Made by a program: the position numbers and the translations under genes. Positions 12,058 to 24,886 of a DNA stretch of 64,000 bases are shown in pieces (position 1 is the stretch's first letter; every line of letters begins with the position of its first letter). Origin of the DNA: Pristiophorus japonicus (taxonomy: Eukaryota). The stretch covers positions 49,600,001 through 49,664,000 of the forward strand of contig NC_091995.1 in the NCBI RefSeq assembly GCF_044704955.1, given 5' to 3'. The notes beneath the pieces were generated by a model. That model was not told the DNA's origin, made no database searches, and saw only the letters and a list, made by a program, of their open reading frames with translations.

Positions 12058-14311
12058 ACATGGTAAATCTCCCTCTACACTGTCCCATCACACACTCCTC
12101 GGGAAGGTACAGCACAGATATAGAGTAAAGCTCCCACTACACTATCAGATCAAATACTCCAAAGGCGGTACAGCATGGATTAGATACAGAGTAAATTTCC
12201 CTCAATACTGTCTCAACAAACACACCCAAGTCAGGTATAGCACAGGGTAGATAGAGAGTAAAGCTCCCGTTACAGATCAATCAAACAATTTCAGGACATG
12301 TATTGCACGGATTAGTTACAAAGTATAGCTTGGAACACTATCCCACCCAACAGCCCTAGGTCAAGTGTTGCACGGGATAGTTCTAGTGTAAATATCCCTC
12401 TACAAAATACCATCAAACAGGCTCAGGTGAGGTCTAACACAGGTTAGATACTAAGTAAAGTACCCTCTCACTGTCACATCAGGGCAAGTAAAGTATGAGT
12501 TAGATAAATAATAAAGCTCCTTTTACATTGTCTGAAGAAACACTCTCAGGTCAGGTGTAATGGTGGTTAGATACAGTGTAAAGTTTCCTCGACATTGTCC
12601 TATCAAACAATCCCAGGCGAGGTACAGCACGGATTAGATAAAGAGTAAAGTTCCCACAATACTGTCCCATCAACACCCTTAAACCAGTTGTCGCAACAAA
12701 TGCTCACAGGTCAGTTATACCTCAGTTTAGATATAGAGTAAGGTTCCCTCTACACTGTCCCATCAAACACAAACAGGGCAGAGAAAGCACGGATTAGATA
12801 CAGTATAAATATCAGTCTACATTGTCGCATCAAATACTCACAAGTCAGGAATGGTACGGGTTAGATATAGAGTAGAGCTCCCTCGATGCTATCCCATGAA
12901 ACAGTTCCAGGGCAGGTACAGCACGGGTTAGATACAACATAAAGTTCCCTCTACACTGTCCCATCTAACATTCCCAGGGCAGGCATAGCATGGGTTAGAT
13001 GTAGATTAAAGCTCCTTCTGCACTGTTCCATCAAACAATACCTATGTCAGGTATAGCGCAGGTGACACTGCCCCATCAAACACTCTTACATCATGTATTG
13101 CACGAGTTAGTTATAGTGTCAATAACCCTCTACACTGTTGTACCAAACAGTTCCAGATCACCTACAAAGATCAGCCACGGGTCAGATAAAGAGTAAAGCT
13201 CCCTTTACACGTAGCCATGAAACAATCACAGGGCAGGTACAGCACAGGTTAGATACAGAGGAAAGATTCCTATACACTGTACCATCAGAAAATTCGATGG
13301 TCGGTATAGCATGGGCTAGATACAGAGAACAGCTCACTCTACACTTCCCCAAATCAGGTATCATATGGGTTATGTATAGTGTAAATATTTCCCAAAACTT
13401 TCACACCAATCACTCTCAGGTCACGTATAGTATAGGTTTGATACTGTGTCATGTTCCATCTACACTGTTTCATCAAATAGTCCTAGGGCAAGTGCAGCAC
13501 GTGTTAGATACAGAGCAAAGCTCGCTCTACATTCTCCGATCAAACACTCCCAACCAGGTACAGCATGGCTTAGATGCAGACAGCGGGGTAGGGAGAGGGC
13601 AGGGTAGGGAGGAGGCGAAGCAGGGAGGGGGCGGGGCAGGGCGAGGCAGTGGGAGGGGGGATGGGGAGGGCGAGGATGGGGAGAGGGCGAGGCAGTCGGA
13701 GGGCGGGGATGGGGGAGGGCGGGAATGGGGAGGGCGAGGGCGAGGGAGGGGGAGGGCGGGGATGGGGGACTGCGGGGATGGGGGACAGTGAGGCAGGGGG
13801 AGGGCGAGGCAGTGGGAGGACGGGGATGGGAGAGCGGGAGGAGGTAGAACCATGGAGATTATAACTGAGATCCAGGAGTAAGAAAAGAGGAAACATTATC
13901 TCACACAGCAAAAGGGAGATTTAAATAACAGTAAAAACATAAATGAATAATGAACACCTCCAAGGAGAAAAGAAGAATTACATAGGATTACATGGGATAT
14001 ACAGCACAGATACAGGCCATTCAGCCCAACCGGTCCATGCTGGCTTTTATGATCCACTCGAGCATCTTCCCATCTTTCCTCACCTAAATCTATCAACATA
14101 ACCCTCTATTGCCATCCCCATCATATCCTTGTCGAGTCTCCCCTTAAATGCATCTGTACTATTCACTTCAACCACTCCCTGTGGTAGTGAGTCCCACATT
14201 CTTACCACACTTTGGGTTCAGAAGTTTCCTCTGAATTACCTGTTGGATATATTAGTGTCTATCTTATATTGATGGCCTCTAGTTATGTTCTGCCCCACAA
14301 GTGGAAACCTT

Positions 14312-15950
14312 GGGGCCAAGTTTCGGCCTGAGTTGCTCCTATTTTTTTGGAGCAACTAATTTAGAATGCAGCATCTTAGAAATTGCAATTCTCAACATTT
14401 AGTTTGCTCCAGTTCGAGTGAGTTAGAAGAGTTTCATTTTAGAATAGATTTCTTTTTCAAAAGGGGGCGTGTCCAGCCACTTACGCCTGTTTTGCAAGTT
14501 TAGGCAGTAAAATCTTACTCCAAACTAACTTAGAATGGAGTAACTGTAGATTTCTGTACGCTCAGAAAAACCTTGCCTACACTTACAAATCAGGCGTAAG
14601 TTACAAATCAGGCGTAGGGAACGAGATGCTGGAGGTGGGGGGAGGGGCGGGAGAAGTAATTAAATTTTACAAGCATTCAACAGTCTCAAATACAAATAAA
14701 GAGCCATCCTGAATAATAAATGAGAAATAAAGCAAATAAAAAATACATTGAATTTTCCTACCTGTCTGAAGCAGCAGCAGCAACCTTCGAGCCGAAGATT
14801 CAGGCCGTTCGGCCAGGGGACAGGGGCAGCGTCAGTACAACCACCCACAGCGACAGTAGCAGCAGCCTTCGAGCCGAAGATTCAGGCCGTTCGGCAGGGG
14901 ACAGGGACGGTGTACAAAGCACCAGCAGGGAGAGCCAGACAGTCAGCCAGCAAGTTTAAAAGTTAAATTTGTAATTCAAGTATGGGTGCTGCATTATCAA
15001 CACCACGGATTATGCAATGATTCGCCATCAATTCACTGCATAGGAGAAAATTAATTAGAGCTGACCACATTAGGAACATCATCTGCAAAGATTAAAATAT
15101 AACTTTTTACAGAGTGCATCTTTCTGTAGGGTGGGACATACAGATAGTCACATTTACAATTACGATTCCATTAAAAAATGAAAATATTATTTACACTTGA
15201 CCAAGGTCATGCCATTTCTTTTTACACTGGCTTCAAAATCTCGTGGTATGCACCACTGTGCAGTAAACTTCTGCAACTTGGTTCCAGCATTTCTTCATTT
15301 CTTTGGGTGGCACTTTTATGCAACCTCTGTTGCTGATATCCAGCTCCTGCCAACTCTGCTCAATGACATTAACTAATATCTCCGCTTCCTCATGCAAGAA
15401 ATTCTTTGTTCTTGGTGGACGTTTTTGACACTCTGATTTTTCAAAACACACAGTCCTTATTTTGCATGCACCTATGTAGCACTTGTTCTGGAAGTTTAGC
15501 AGCAAAAAGCAGCACTCACTGATTTCAGCAGGTGATTTCTTCAACAGTGCTGCTAAAAGCAGTCCTTCAGGCAAAAAAAAATCACCAAGATTCAATACCA
15601 AGCCATTCCACAGCTCCACAAAACAAATCAGCAGTTTTCCTCACGTACCTTTAAAAATGGCTGAGTGCCAATGTTTGTCTCACTGCGCGTGCGCGCACAC
15701 TCCAACGCACACGCACAAGGCTGCCGACACGACATCTTCTGCTCTGAGCTAGCCCTGCCCCCCTGCAGTCTCAAAATCGGTGCGACGCTTTGGCCCCGTC
15801 CCCCGCTGATCTCTGCACGCCGCACCGAGCTGCAAGGAAGCTGCTGCGAGGCCGAGAATTCCTCTAAGTTTTTGACGCACTTTTGAGCGCGGAAAACAGG
15901 CGTGGGTGTCGGGGCTGCGCCGTTCTAGGCACACCTCGAAACTTGAGCCC
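14312..15950 (-). mobile_element. PIF/Harbinger-derived element with a degenerate Myb/SANT-like DNA-binding domain
   Basis: TIRs GGGGCCAAGTTTCG / CGAAACTTGAGCCC with 3-bp flanks CTT / ATT inside CR1. The minus-strand peptide RTKNFLHEEAEILVNVIEQ...KKCWNQVAE...R(F*)SQCKKKWHDL resembles Harbinger Myb/SANT proteins. Confidence 0.75.
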
Positions 15951-17197
15951 ATTCACTTCCCATCCACTCTGTCAAAACCTTTCATAATTTTAAAACCCTC
16001 TCTTAGATCACCCCTCAGCCTTCCTATTTTCAAGAAAAATGAAATCCATCCTTTCTTGATAGGTATACCCTTGGAATAAGTGACCTCCCCATTCTTCCTA
16101 CCAAAATGTAATACTTCACATTTATCTGCTTCATGTGCCAATTATTTGCCCACTCTGCAAGTTTATTAACGTGCTCCTGTAATTTGTTGCTATCCTCCTC
16201 AGTATTGACTATCTTCCACCACCAATTTGGTGCCATCCAAAGATTTAGAAATTATGTTTTTGAATCCTAAATCTAAATCGTTAATATACATTGTGAACAA
16301 GTGGACCCAGCACTGGTCCTTGTGGAACACCACTACCCACCTTCAGCTACTATGAATAGCGACCTTTTACCCCTACTCTCTGCTTTCTGTCTTGAAGCCA
16401 GCTAGTTAGCCATTCTGTTACTTGTCCCCTAACTCTGCATTCTCTATTATGGGTTACCTTATCGAAAGCCTTTTAAATATCTAGATAAATTACATCTACT
16501 GCATTACCTTTGTCTGCTCTCTCTGTTACCTCTTCAAAAAATGTAATGAGGTTGGTCAAGCAGGACTTTCCCTTTTGAAATCCATGCTGACTATTTATTA
16601 CTATATTTTTGGTTTCCCTTTAGTAGGGATTCCATTATTTTTCTGACCACCAATGCTAAGCTGACTGGTCTATAACTTCCAGGACATGTTCTATCCCATT
16701 TCTTATATATCGGTATTATGTTAGCTATCCGCTAATCCTCTGGCACCACAACTTTTTCTAACGAATTATTAAATGTGTGGTGAGGCCTCTGCTATCTCTT
16801 CCCGAGATTATTTTCAAATGCGCAGATGAAATCTATCCGGACCAGGGATTTTATCCTTTTTAATTTTGATTAGTTTATTTAATATACCCCTCTTTTTATT
16901 TTAACTGCACTTATCTCATTACTAATATTCTTATTAATAATGTACTCATTATTTAATATTACTGCCATTTCTCTATCATTACCTGTGGTATTATCCTATC
17001 TATCCCTTAATGGTCCTATTCCCATCCCAACATTCCTTTTTTATTGATGTGCCTTTAAAATATTTTACTATTTTGTTTTATTTTCCGTGATAATTTAATT
17101 TCATAGTTGCTCTTTGCCTTCCTAATTGTTTTTTTGACTTCTCTCCTAATCTCTTCATATCCTTTCTTATCATGCGCTCCCCTACTGTCTACATACT

Positions 17198-18214
17198 GTG
17201 GCTGCAGAGCGCCCTATCGACAGGATGCACTGCAGCAACTCGCTAAAGTTTCTTCAGCAGCTGTCCTGATTGAGATATAGTGACCCGTGCTAGACAGTGG
17301 ATGTGGGCCACTCCGACCTGCGAGAGGACACCACCACAGGATAAAAGAGCTGGAGCGCGGGCCCTATAACATCGTGGGCATACCACTCACTACAGCTTCC
17401 AGCGCGAGTCGTCCCAAGTGTGCGACGACTTCGAGGTGGGCAACTGGGTGACATCATCAAGGCCCAGGTCACCGGTTAAAGCATGGGCAGGAACATCGGC
17501 AGGGCCCAGCCACAGCAGAGGAGTGGGAAGCTCAGGGTAGATGAGCGGCAAGAGATCGTGGCGTAAGTGCGGCGAATGATTGAGGTGGAGGAGCGGTGAG
17601 TAATCGTGGCTGAGATGTGACAAGAGATGAGCGGTGAGAGATCGTGGCGGAGTTGCAGCAAATGTTTGGTGCGGAGGTGCAGTGAGAGATTGTGGCGAAA
17701 GTGCAGTGAATGTTTTGTGGTGGAGGAGCGGCGAGAGATCGTGGCAGAGGAGCGGTGAGAAATCATGGCGGAGGAACGGTGAGAGATCGTGGCGGAGGAA
17801 CGGTGAGAGATCGTGGCGGAGGTGCGGCGAATGTTTGGTGCGGAGGTGCGGTGAGAGATTGTGGCGGAGGTGCAGCAAATGAGGGTGCGGGGTCCAGAAG
17901 AGCCGAGGACCCAAGGGCAGCACGGGCCAGCACACACTGCGATATATGTGCGCACTAGGTCCGTGCAGCAGAGCAGGTCTCCAGTTGTCCTGGTTTACCC
18001 TTGCCACTGGATAAAGGCTTAGCTCTGTGAAGCCCGTGTGGTGGCTGATGCGCAACGGTCACCACATGTTAAAAAAATCCACACACAGTCATCTTCCACA
18101 CCTCAAGTTCAGGACTGGAAGATCGGGTCCTCCATTGAAACATCTGTGAACTCAACCCTTTTGGTGTGGAAGCAAGTCATCCTCGTTCGAGGGACCGCCT
18201 ATGATGATGATGAT
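17198..18214 (+). mobile_element. Non-coding retroposon with an RTE-type 3' tail and an internal ~24-bp tandem repeat
   Basis: The 3' end GGAAGCAAGTCATCCTCG...GAGGGACCGCCTATGATGATGAT is shared with the RTE fragments. Internal GATCGTGGCGGAGGAGCGGTGAGA-like repeats. ATACT lies on both sides within CR1. Confidence 0.65.
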
Positions 18215-19844
18215 ATACTTCATGTATGCCTCTTTCCTTACCCTCAATTGCTGCTTTATGGCTTTATTCATCCATGGAGTCTCTTTAGTGTTTAGTTTGT
18301 TTTTTCCTTTTAATAGAATATATTGTTCCTGCACTCTGCTGAACACCATTTCAATGTTTCCCATTGCTGTTCTACATCGTTGTTTTACAATATTGTTACC
18401 CATTTTATTTTACCAAGTTCTATTCTCAGCTCCTCAAAATCAGCTTTTCTCCAATCTAGTATCGTGGTTTCCACATACTTATGTCCTACTCAATTATCAT
18501 CTTCAAGCGTATTATAGTTCGGATTGACACCTGCCAACTAACCAGAAGCTGCACAGAAGTATTCTGCGCATAACTGTCAGGTCCCAAATTTTAAAAATAA
18601 CCTTCACAATGAACGGAGATCTGCATGAATGCCAACGCTAACATGGTTTTCTCTTGTTGTAAATAATTTTATTTTCAAGAAATGCAAATAAAATTAAAAA
18701 CGCGCAACACTTTTCCATTAGCAATTTGATTTATAAACACACAACTAGCAGGATAATTACAGCCTTTTTTGTAAAGATCTTTCCTATCACCTAGACAGGG
18801 TGCATGCTCAACTTCGCCGTTAAACCTGCAACGTCTTCGTGTCCAAATATTTACATCGAATCAAATCGTGGTCATGAGCATTTTACACGCATTAGAATTT
18901 TATGAACTGTCCTTTCCTGAACCTTTGGAGACTGAGGCCACATTTGAGAAGCAGGACTGTGAATTATTCTAGTGACCAGCAAAACGAACACAATTTCCAT
19001 CCTATCAAAATGACTGCTGACTACGAAGTCCGGCAAGAACAACCCAGAGACCATTGGAACCGCGCATGTGCAACGATTTAATGTCGCTGGCAGCAGTCGC
19101 GTCCATTATATTATGGTCACTATTGCCTAAAAGTTCCTCTACTTTTACTTCTCTTATCTGCTCTGGTTCATTCCCCATTACTAGATCCAAAAGCGAATCC
19201 TCCCTTGTTAGGCGTTTTAAATACTGTGTTAGAAAGGACTCCTGTACACATTGTAGGAACTCCATTCCCTTATCCCCTTTACCTACCTCTTCTGTCCAAT
19301 TAATATCGGGGTAGTTGAAATCCCTCATGATTATTATTCTATGTTTTTCACTCACTTCCCTAATTTTTCTGCATATTTCTTCCTCCACCTCCCTTCCACT
19401 GTCAGGTAGTCTGTAGACTACACCTATTGGTGTGATTGATTCTTTATTATCTTTTATCTCTATCCATATGGATTCTATTTTTGTCTTGTTGATAGCTGAA
19501 TCACATTTTTCTACAGACATTATTTTATCACTAATAAGTACAGCTACTCCACCTCCCCTTTTCCCTTCTTTATTGTTTCTAAACATGTTATACCCTACAA
19601 TATTTAATTTCTAGTCCTGATTTCTCCATAGCCATGTCTCAGTAATCCTTATTATATCTAGTTCCTCGCAATGCAGGATTGTCTCCAGCTCCCCTTTTTT
19701 ATTACGGATACTGTGTGCATTGCTGTACAGGCAGTTTAACGAATGTTTAAAAAGATTTCCTCTCACTTTATGTTTAACCATCTTTTTAGACTCCTGTTCT
19801 AACTCTATTTCCTTGCCATCAATATCCTTCCGTACTGGTTGAAT

Positions 19845-20225
19845 TGAACATACGAACAAGAGTAGGCCATTCAGCCCCTCAAGACTGTTCTGCCCTATTT
19901 AATTAGATCATAGCTAATCTGCACCTTAACTCTTGGTTCTGTAACCTTTAATAACATTGCCTAACACAAATCTGTCAATCTCAGTTTGGAAATTTTCAAT
20001 TTACCCTCAGCCTCAACAGCTTTTTGAGGGAGAGAGTTCCAGATTTCTACTACCCTTTGGGTGAAGAAGTGCTTCCTGACTTCATCCCTTAACAGCCGAG
20101 CTCTATATTTGAGGTAATGCCCCCTTGTCCTCGACTCCCCCACCAGAGGAAATAGTTTATCTCTATCTACCCTATCAACTCCTTAAATCATCTGAAACAT
20201 ACAACCCTCAATCTTCTATACTCAA
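19845..20225 (-). mobile_element. CR1 3' fragment
   Basis: GESRTRGHYLKYRARLLRDEVRKHFFTQRVVEIWNSLP. Confidence 0.85.
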
Positions 20226-20604
20226 AGTAAGATCCAAGTGAATCCGATGTTCAAGGTTAAACCCCTCCCCATTGAATAGCTGCACAGCAGGTGTGTCATG
20301 GATCGGATATAATTTGAATAAATAGACTATCTTTGGTGTATCGGGTGCTTGTGTGCTGCTAGAATGAGCTCCCTCTACACCAAAGGTACTATTACTATTT
20401 TATACAGCTCTTGATTCTCAACTTCTGTATTCCTATTTTCTTCCTTGCAACCCCCATCAAAAAATAATAATTTTGGAATTCAACCTGAAATAATGTGCAA
20501 CATTTATATACACACACATTAAATACATTGGTATATCCTGTGTATGTGCATGGTACAGGCAATAACATATACTTTCATTTTACTGAGATACACAAACAAA
20601 TTGT

Positions 20605-20960
20605 GTCAGCCGAGGTTCAGTTGGTGGCACACTCACCTCCACTGTCAGAGATGCCGTCTTTCGGATGAGACATTAAACCGCGGCCTCGTCTGCCCTCTCA
20701 GGTGGATGTAAATGATCACCTGGCACTATTCAAAGAAAACCAAGGGAGTTATCCCCGCGGTTCTCGGCAATGTTTATCCTTCAACCAAAATCACTTTAAA
20801 AAACAGATTATCCAATCATTATCACGTTGCTCTTTGTGGAGCTGCCATGTTTCCTACATTACAACAGAGTTACTACATTTCAAAAGTATTTCATTGGCTG
20901 TAAAGCACTTTAGGACATCCCGAGGTCATGAAAGGCACTGTATAAATACAAGACTTTTCT
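20605..20960 (+). mobile_element. tRNA-derived DeuSINE-like SINE (SacSINE1-like), internally deleted
   Basis: A-box-like head GGTTCAGTTGGTGGCACACT and core GCCGTCTTTCGGATGAGACATTAAACCG...GGTGGATGTAAA...GGCACTATT, shared with other copies in the window. Confidence 0.7.
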
Positions 20961-22911
20961 TTATTTATATTTTATATTTCTCAACTCCTGCCCTAACAGC
21001 ACTGTGGAGAAGTTTCACCACATGGACTGCAGCGGTTCAAGAAGGCAGCTCATCACCACCTTAAAATGCCATGAGCAGTTACAGGAAGTAATCAACAAGC
21101 CTAATGGTCTTTAGATTTGGAGGACTAGAATTCAAGGATTTGAAGATACACTACAGCTATTGGTTAGAGCACACCTGCAGTACTGTAAGCATTAACTGTA
21201 ATGTCAACTCGCTCTAACGGAGAAATCGTTTACCCAGCATAGCCCAATCCCCGAGGGACCCGGATAATCGAGAGTTGCCTGTAGTTATATATTGTACCTG
21301 TGATGCGGTTGCTTTAGATAGTAATGATACCAGTAAAAAAGTATTGTACTCACCTTTGTGAAACTAGCAACAGACAATAAAAAAAAAACTTTGCGCTGGA
21401 AATTCGGTCCGTTGCCGCTTCTGTTCATGCCCCGGAGCAGCGGAAATCATTCCCGGGCAGGCGGCCAGCTTCCAGCGCCCCACCGGGACATTCGCTGCCG
21501 GTTTTTCAGGGTAGCAGAGTAGTACCGCCCGGGAGAGGCGAGCCGGTGTGCAACGTCCCGGGTTGTGACACTGTTATTAAATCTGTTTTCTGGGGGACCC
21601 GTAGCGACTTGTTGCTTGCCACAGTGGGACTGCCTGGGAAAGCAGACGGTCCCAGCTATACCGGCGGCTATGAGGGAAGGAATGACTATCTAAGGTAATT
21701 GCGATTGTATGTTTTATTTTTAATTGTTGTGATTTATGTTTATGTGGGGTGAGCAAGGTATTGGGAATGGTTTCTGTGTTTTTCTGGCCGTTTGTTTATT
21801 CCCCAGGGAAGCCTCTTTTTGGGCGCTCCGAGGCTGGGCTCTTTAACTGGGGATTTTCAGTTGCTCAGCCTTCCCAGCACCCTAAAAGAGGAATTGAACG
21901 CCTCCCTTAGCACTCCGCTCCACACACAGGGCCCAGCTGATGAATTTTTCGGCTGCAGACGCAAACCATTTCCTGCAGCAAAACAAAAAAGGGTGGTAGA
22001 AGTTTGGAACTCTCTTCTGTTAACGGTAATTGATGCAAGGTCAATTGTTAATTTTAAGTTTGAGATTGATAGATTTTTATTAACCAACGGTATTAAGGAT
22101 ATGGGGCAAAGGTGGGGACATGGAGTTAGGTCACAGATCAGCCATGATCTCACTGAATTACGCAACAGGTTCGAGGACTACGTGGTCTACTCGTTCCTAT
22201 AATTACACTCTCTCTCATGTAAATACAATGGGCCTGAATTTGCGGTCGGAGGCTTCCCATGGGCGGATGTCTCGACCGGCAAAAAAACTAGGACCTCCCT
22301 GATGGTTCTGGATCCACGGAGACTTCTGCTCCTGGGCCTCTCCGGGTGCACCCCGGTCGAGGCCCACGTATCCCAGGGGTCCATGTGGTTTGCAAGCACC
22401 CCTGGGATCACGTGGGCTAGCCCAACCAATGAAAGGGATCCCCATTCCTGCTCAGGGGGACTCCATATGTACAGAAACACCATAAGTATGAATGGGAATA
22501 CCCCAAAAATACATGCACACATCAAATAAAAAAAACATTGCTAATTTAAAATTAATTAAAATGCCATTTAATTAAATAAAACAAAAATTAAATTTTTTTG
22601 AAAAATAAATTTAAATGTTTTAAAGGTGCTAAAAATAACCTTACCTTATTATACAGATTTTTTAAATGTTTTAATTTCAACTATTATGTTGGAAAAAGCC
22701 AGCCTTAAGCCAATCACAAGAGCAGCCAGGAATTATGTCACAAAGCTGCCCAAGCCAATCCCAGTCCAGGTATTACCAAGGTAGATAGAGCACAGATTAG
22801 ATACATAGTAACGCTCCCTCGACACTGTCCCATCAAACAATCCCAGGTCAGGAATAGCATGGGTTAGATACAGAGTAAAGCTCCCTCTACACTGTCCCAT
22901 CAAACACATAT

Positions 22912-24035
22912 AGGCCCCAAGTTTCCACATGATTTGCTCCTGATTTTTAGGAGCAACTGGTGGAGAACGGATTATCTTAGAAATCGCAATTCTCCACATT
23001 TTCTTTTCTGCAGTTCTAGTCAGTTAGAACAGTTTCACTTTGGAACAGAATTTTTCTTCAAAAGGGGGCGTGTCCGGCCACTGACGCCTGATTTCAAAGT
23101 TTCCACAGTGAAAACGTACTCCAAACTAACTTAGAATGGAGCAAGTGAAGATTTTTGAAGGCCTGAAAAAACCTTGTCGACACATTAAAAAATCAGGCGC
23201 AGGTTACAAATTCGGCGTCCGGAACGAGGTGGGGGGGGGGGGGGGGGGGGGGAGGGAAGTCATTAAATTCTACAATAAATCCTTATTTATACTTATACAA
23301 ATATTATACAAATAAATCCAACCTGAATAAAAATTTATAAGCAAAGAAAAGATTAAATAAACCATCTTCCTACCTGTGTGAAAGTGCTTCAGGCAGGGAG
23401 AATGCTGCAGGAAGCCTCACAAGTTGAAGCAGCCGTTCCCGACGGCAGGTGGGGGGGAGGGAGTGAGGGCCCGACCAACCGCAGCGGGGGGGAGGCAGGG
23501 AGGAGGAGGCAGCCGTTCCCGACGGCAGGGAGGGGGTTGGAGGCAGTGAGAAGGCTGCAGGAAGCCTCAGAAGTTGAGGCAGCCATTCCCGACGGCAGGG
23601 GCGGGAGGCCGTCAGGAAACGCTGCCTCAACTTTCTGTGGCTTCCTGCAGCCTTCTCACTGCTGCAAGAAGCCTCAGTGCTGATCATGGAAGGGCAATGT
23701 GCTTTTATAAAAAAATTTTCAAAAATTAAACAGCTAGAAAGAACGACAAAAATGGCCGAGTGCCAATGTTTCCTTCAGACTGCGCGTGCGCGAACGCTCC
23801 AACGCGCAGTGTTGCCGGCACGAAAAAAAACTAATTTAAATGGTACCCGCCCGATCCCACTTACAAAATCGGCGCGAGTGGTAGGCTCCGCCTCCTGGGC
23901 GCCGCGCCAAGCTGCCATGGAGCTGCAGGGCGCTCCAGAATTGCGCGTTTTTTTTCAGGCGCCGTTTTCAGCGCGAAAAACGGGCGCCCAGCTCGGAGGG
24001 GCGCCCGTTTTGTAGCGTGTGGAAACTTGGGGCCT
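22912..24035. mobile_element. Harbinger-type non-autonomous element
   Basis: Perfect TIRs AGGCCCCAAGTTTCCAC / GTGGAAACTTGGGGCCT. Subterminal similarity to 14312-15950 and 1-666. Confidence 0.8.
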
Positions 24036-24067
24036 TTTATACTTCACCCTGCAGAATGCTACTAAAA

Positions 24068-24311
24068 CCTGCCCGATAACACTAACCCCTGCCCGATAAC
24101 ACTAACCCCTGCCCGATAACACTAACCCCTGCCCGATAACACTCAACCCTGCCCGATAACACTCAACCCTGCCCGATAACACTCAACCCTGCCCGATAAC
24201 ACTCAACCCTGCCCGATAACACTCAACCCTGCCCGATAACACTCAACCCTGCCCGATAACACTCAACCCTGCCCGATAACACTCAACCCTGCCCGATAAC
24301 ACTAAACCCTG
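24068..24311. repeat. 20-bp minisatellite, about 12 copies
   Basis: (GCCCGATAACACTCAACCCT)n with an ACTAACCCCT variant block. No spacers. Confidence 0.95.
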
Positions 24312-24886
24312 CTCTGCATAATAATTCTCACACCGCACTCCTTCATGCCGCTTTTGGTCACGCCATTAATCGTCACTCTGAGCTCCATCATGCAGTTCTA
24401 TATCACGCCATGGTCCATTGTGGCCCCCTCTATCATGTCACACTCCATCACGCCCCTTTCTATTACAGCATTCCCTCATTACTGGCACTGGGCGTATATA
24501 CATCTACCTCTGACAGTGCAGCGCTCCTTCAGCATTGGCACTGGGGTCTGTGGGCCTGGAATATGGAGCCCTAGAGTATATACAACTACCTCCGACAGTG
24601 CAGCGCTCCCACAGCATTGGCACCTGGGGGGCGGGGGGCTGGATTATGGAGCTTGAGACCTAGAGTGTTCACAGCTACCTCCGACAGTGCAGCGCTCCCT
24701 CAGTATTGGCACCGGGGGTGTGGGCCTGGATTATGATGTGAAATCGCCTGACTGCGAGGGGAGAGTGTGGGGAGCCAGTGAGCGGAGCTGGGAATGATAC
24801 TGAAATGTGTCAGAGGGGTGTGAGTGAATTTGAATATTTGGTTTTGGGGTTGGAGTTGATTTGTTTCCTTGTGTGTATGGGACAGA

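Larger units (their letters stand above)
10275..13580. repeat. Large degenerate 67-bp satellite array, interrupted by hAT and RTE insertions
   Basis: Repeated GTAAAGCTCCCTCTACACTGTCCCATCAAAC units at 67-nt spacing (10434 to 10501; 12911 to 12978). Confidence 0.9.
13975..19760 (-). mobile_element. Degenerate CR1 LINE, copy B of the duplication, with nested insertions
   Basis: Colinear with 3500-6235. The endonuclease ORF at 19005-19586 (GGGVAVLI...ESIWIEI...SDHN) is paralogous to 5836-6246. Confidence 0.85.

Noticed and set aside
13138-13911. ORFs of 100-217 aa over the satellite and G-rich tract
   Set aside because: Translations of tandem and low-complexity repeats with no domain signal.
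24068-24311. Regular short repeats resembling a CRISPR array or telomeric repeat
   Set aside because: Head-to-tail 20-mers with no unique spacers, no cas genes and a eukaryotic context. Only a partial TAACCC similarity.
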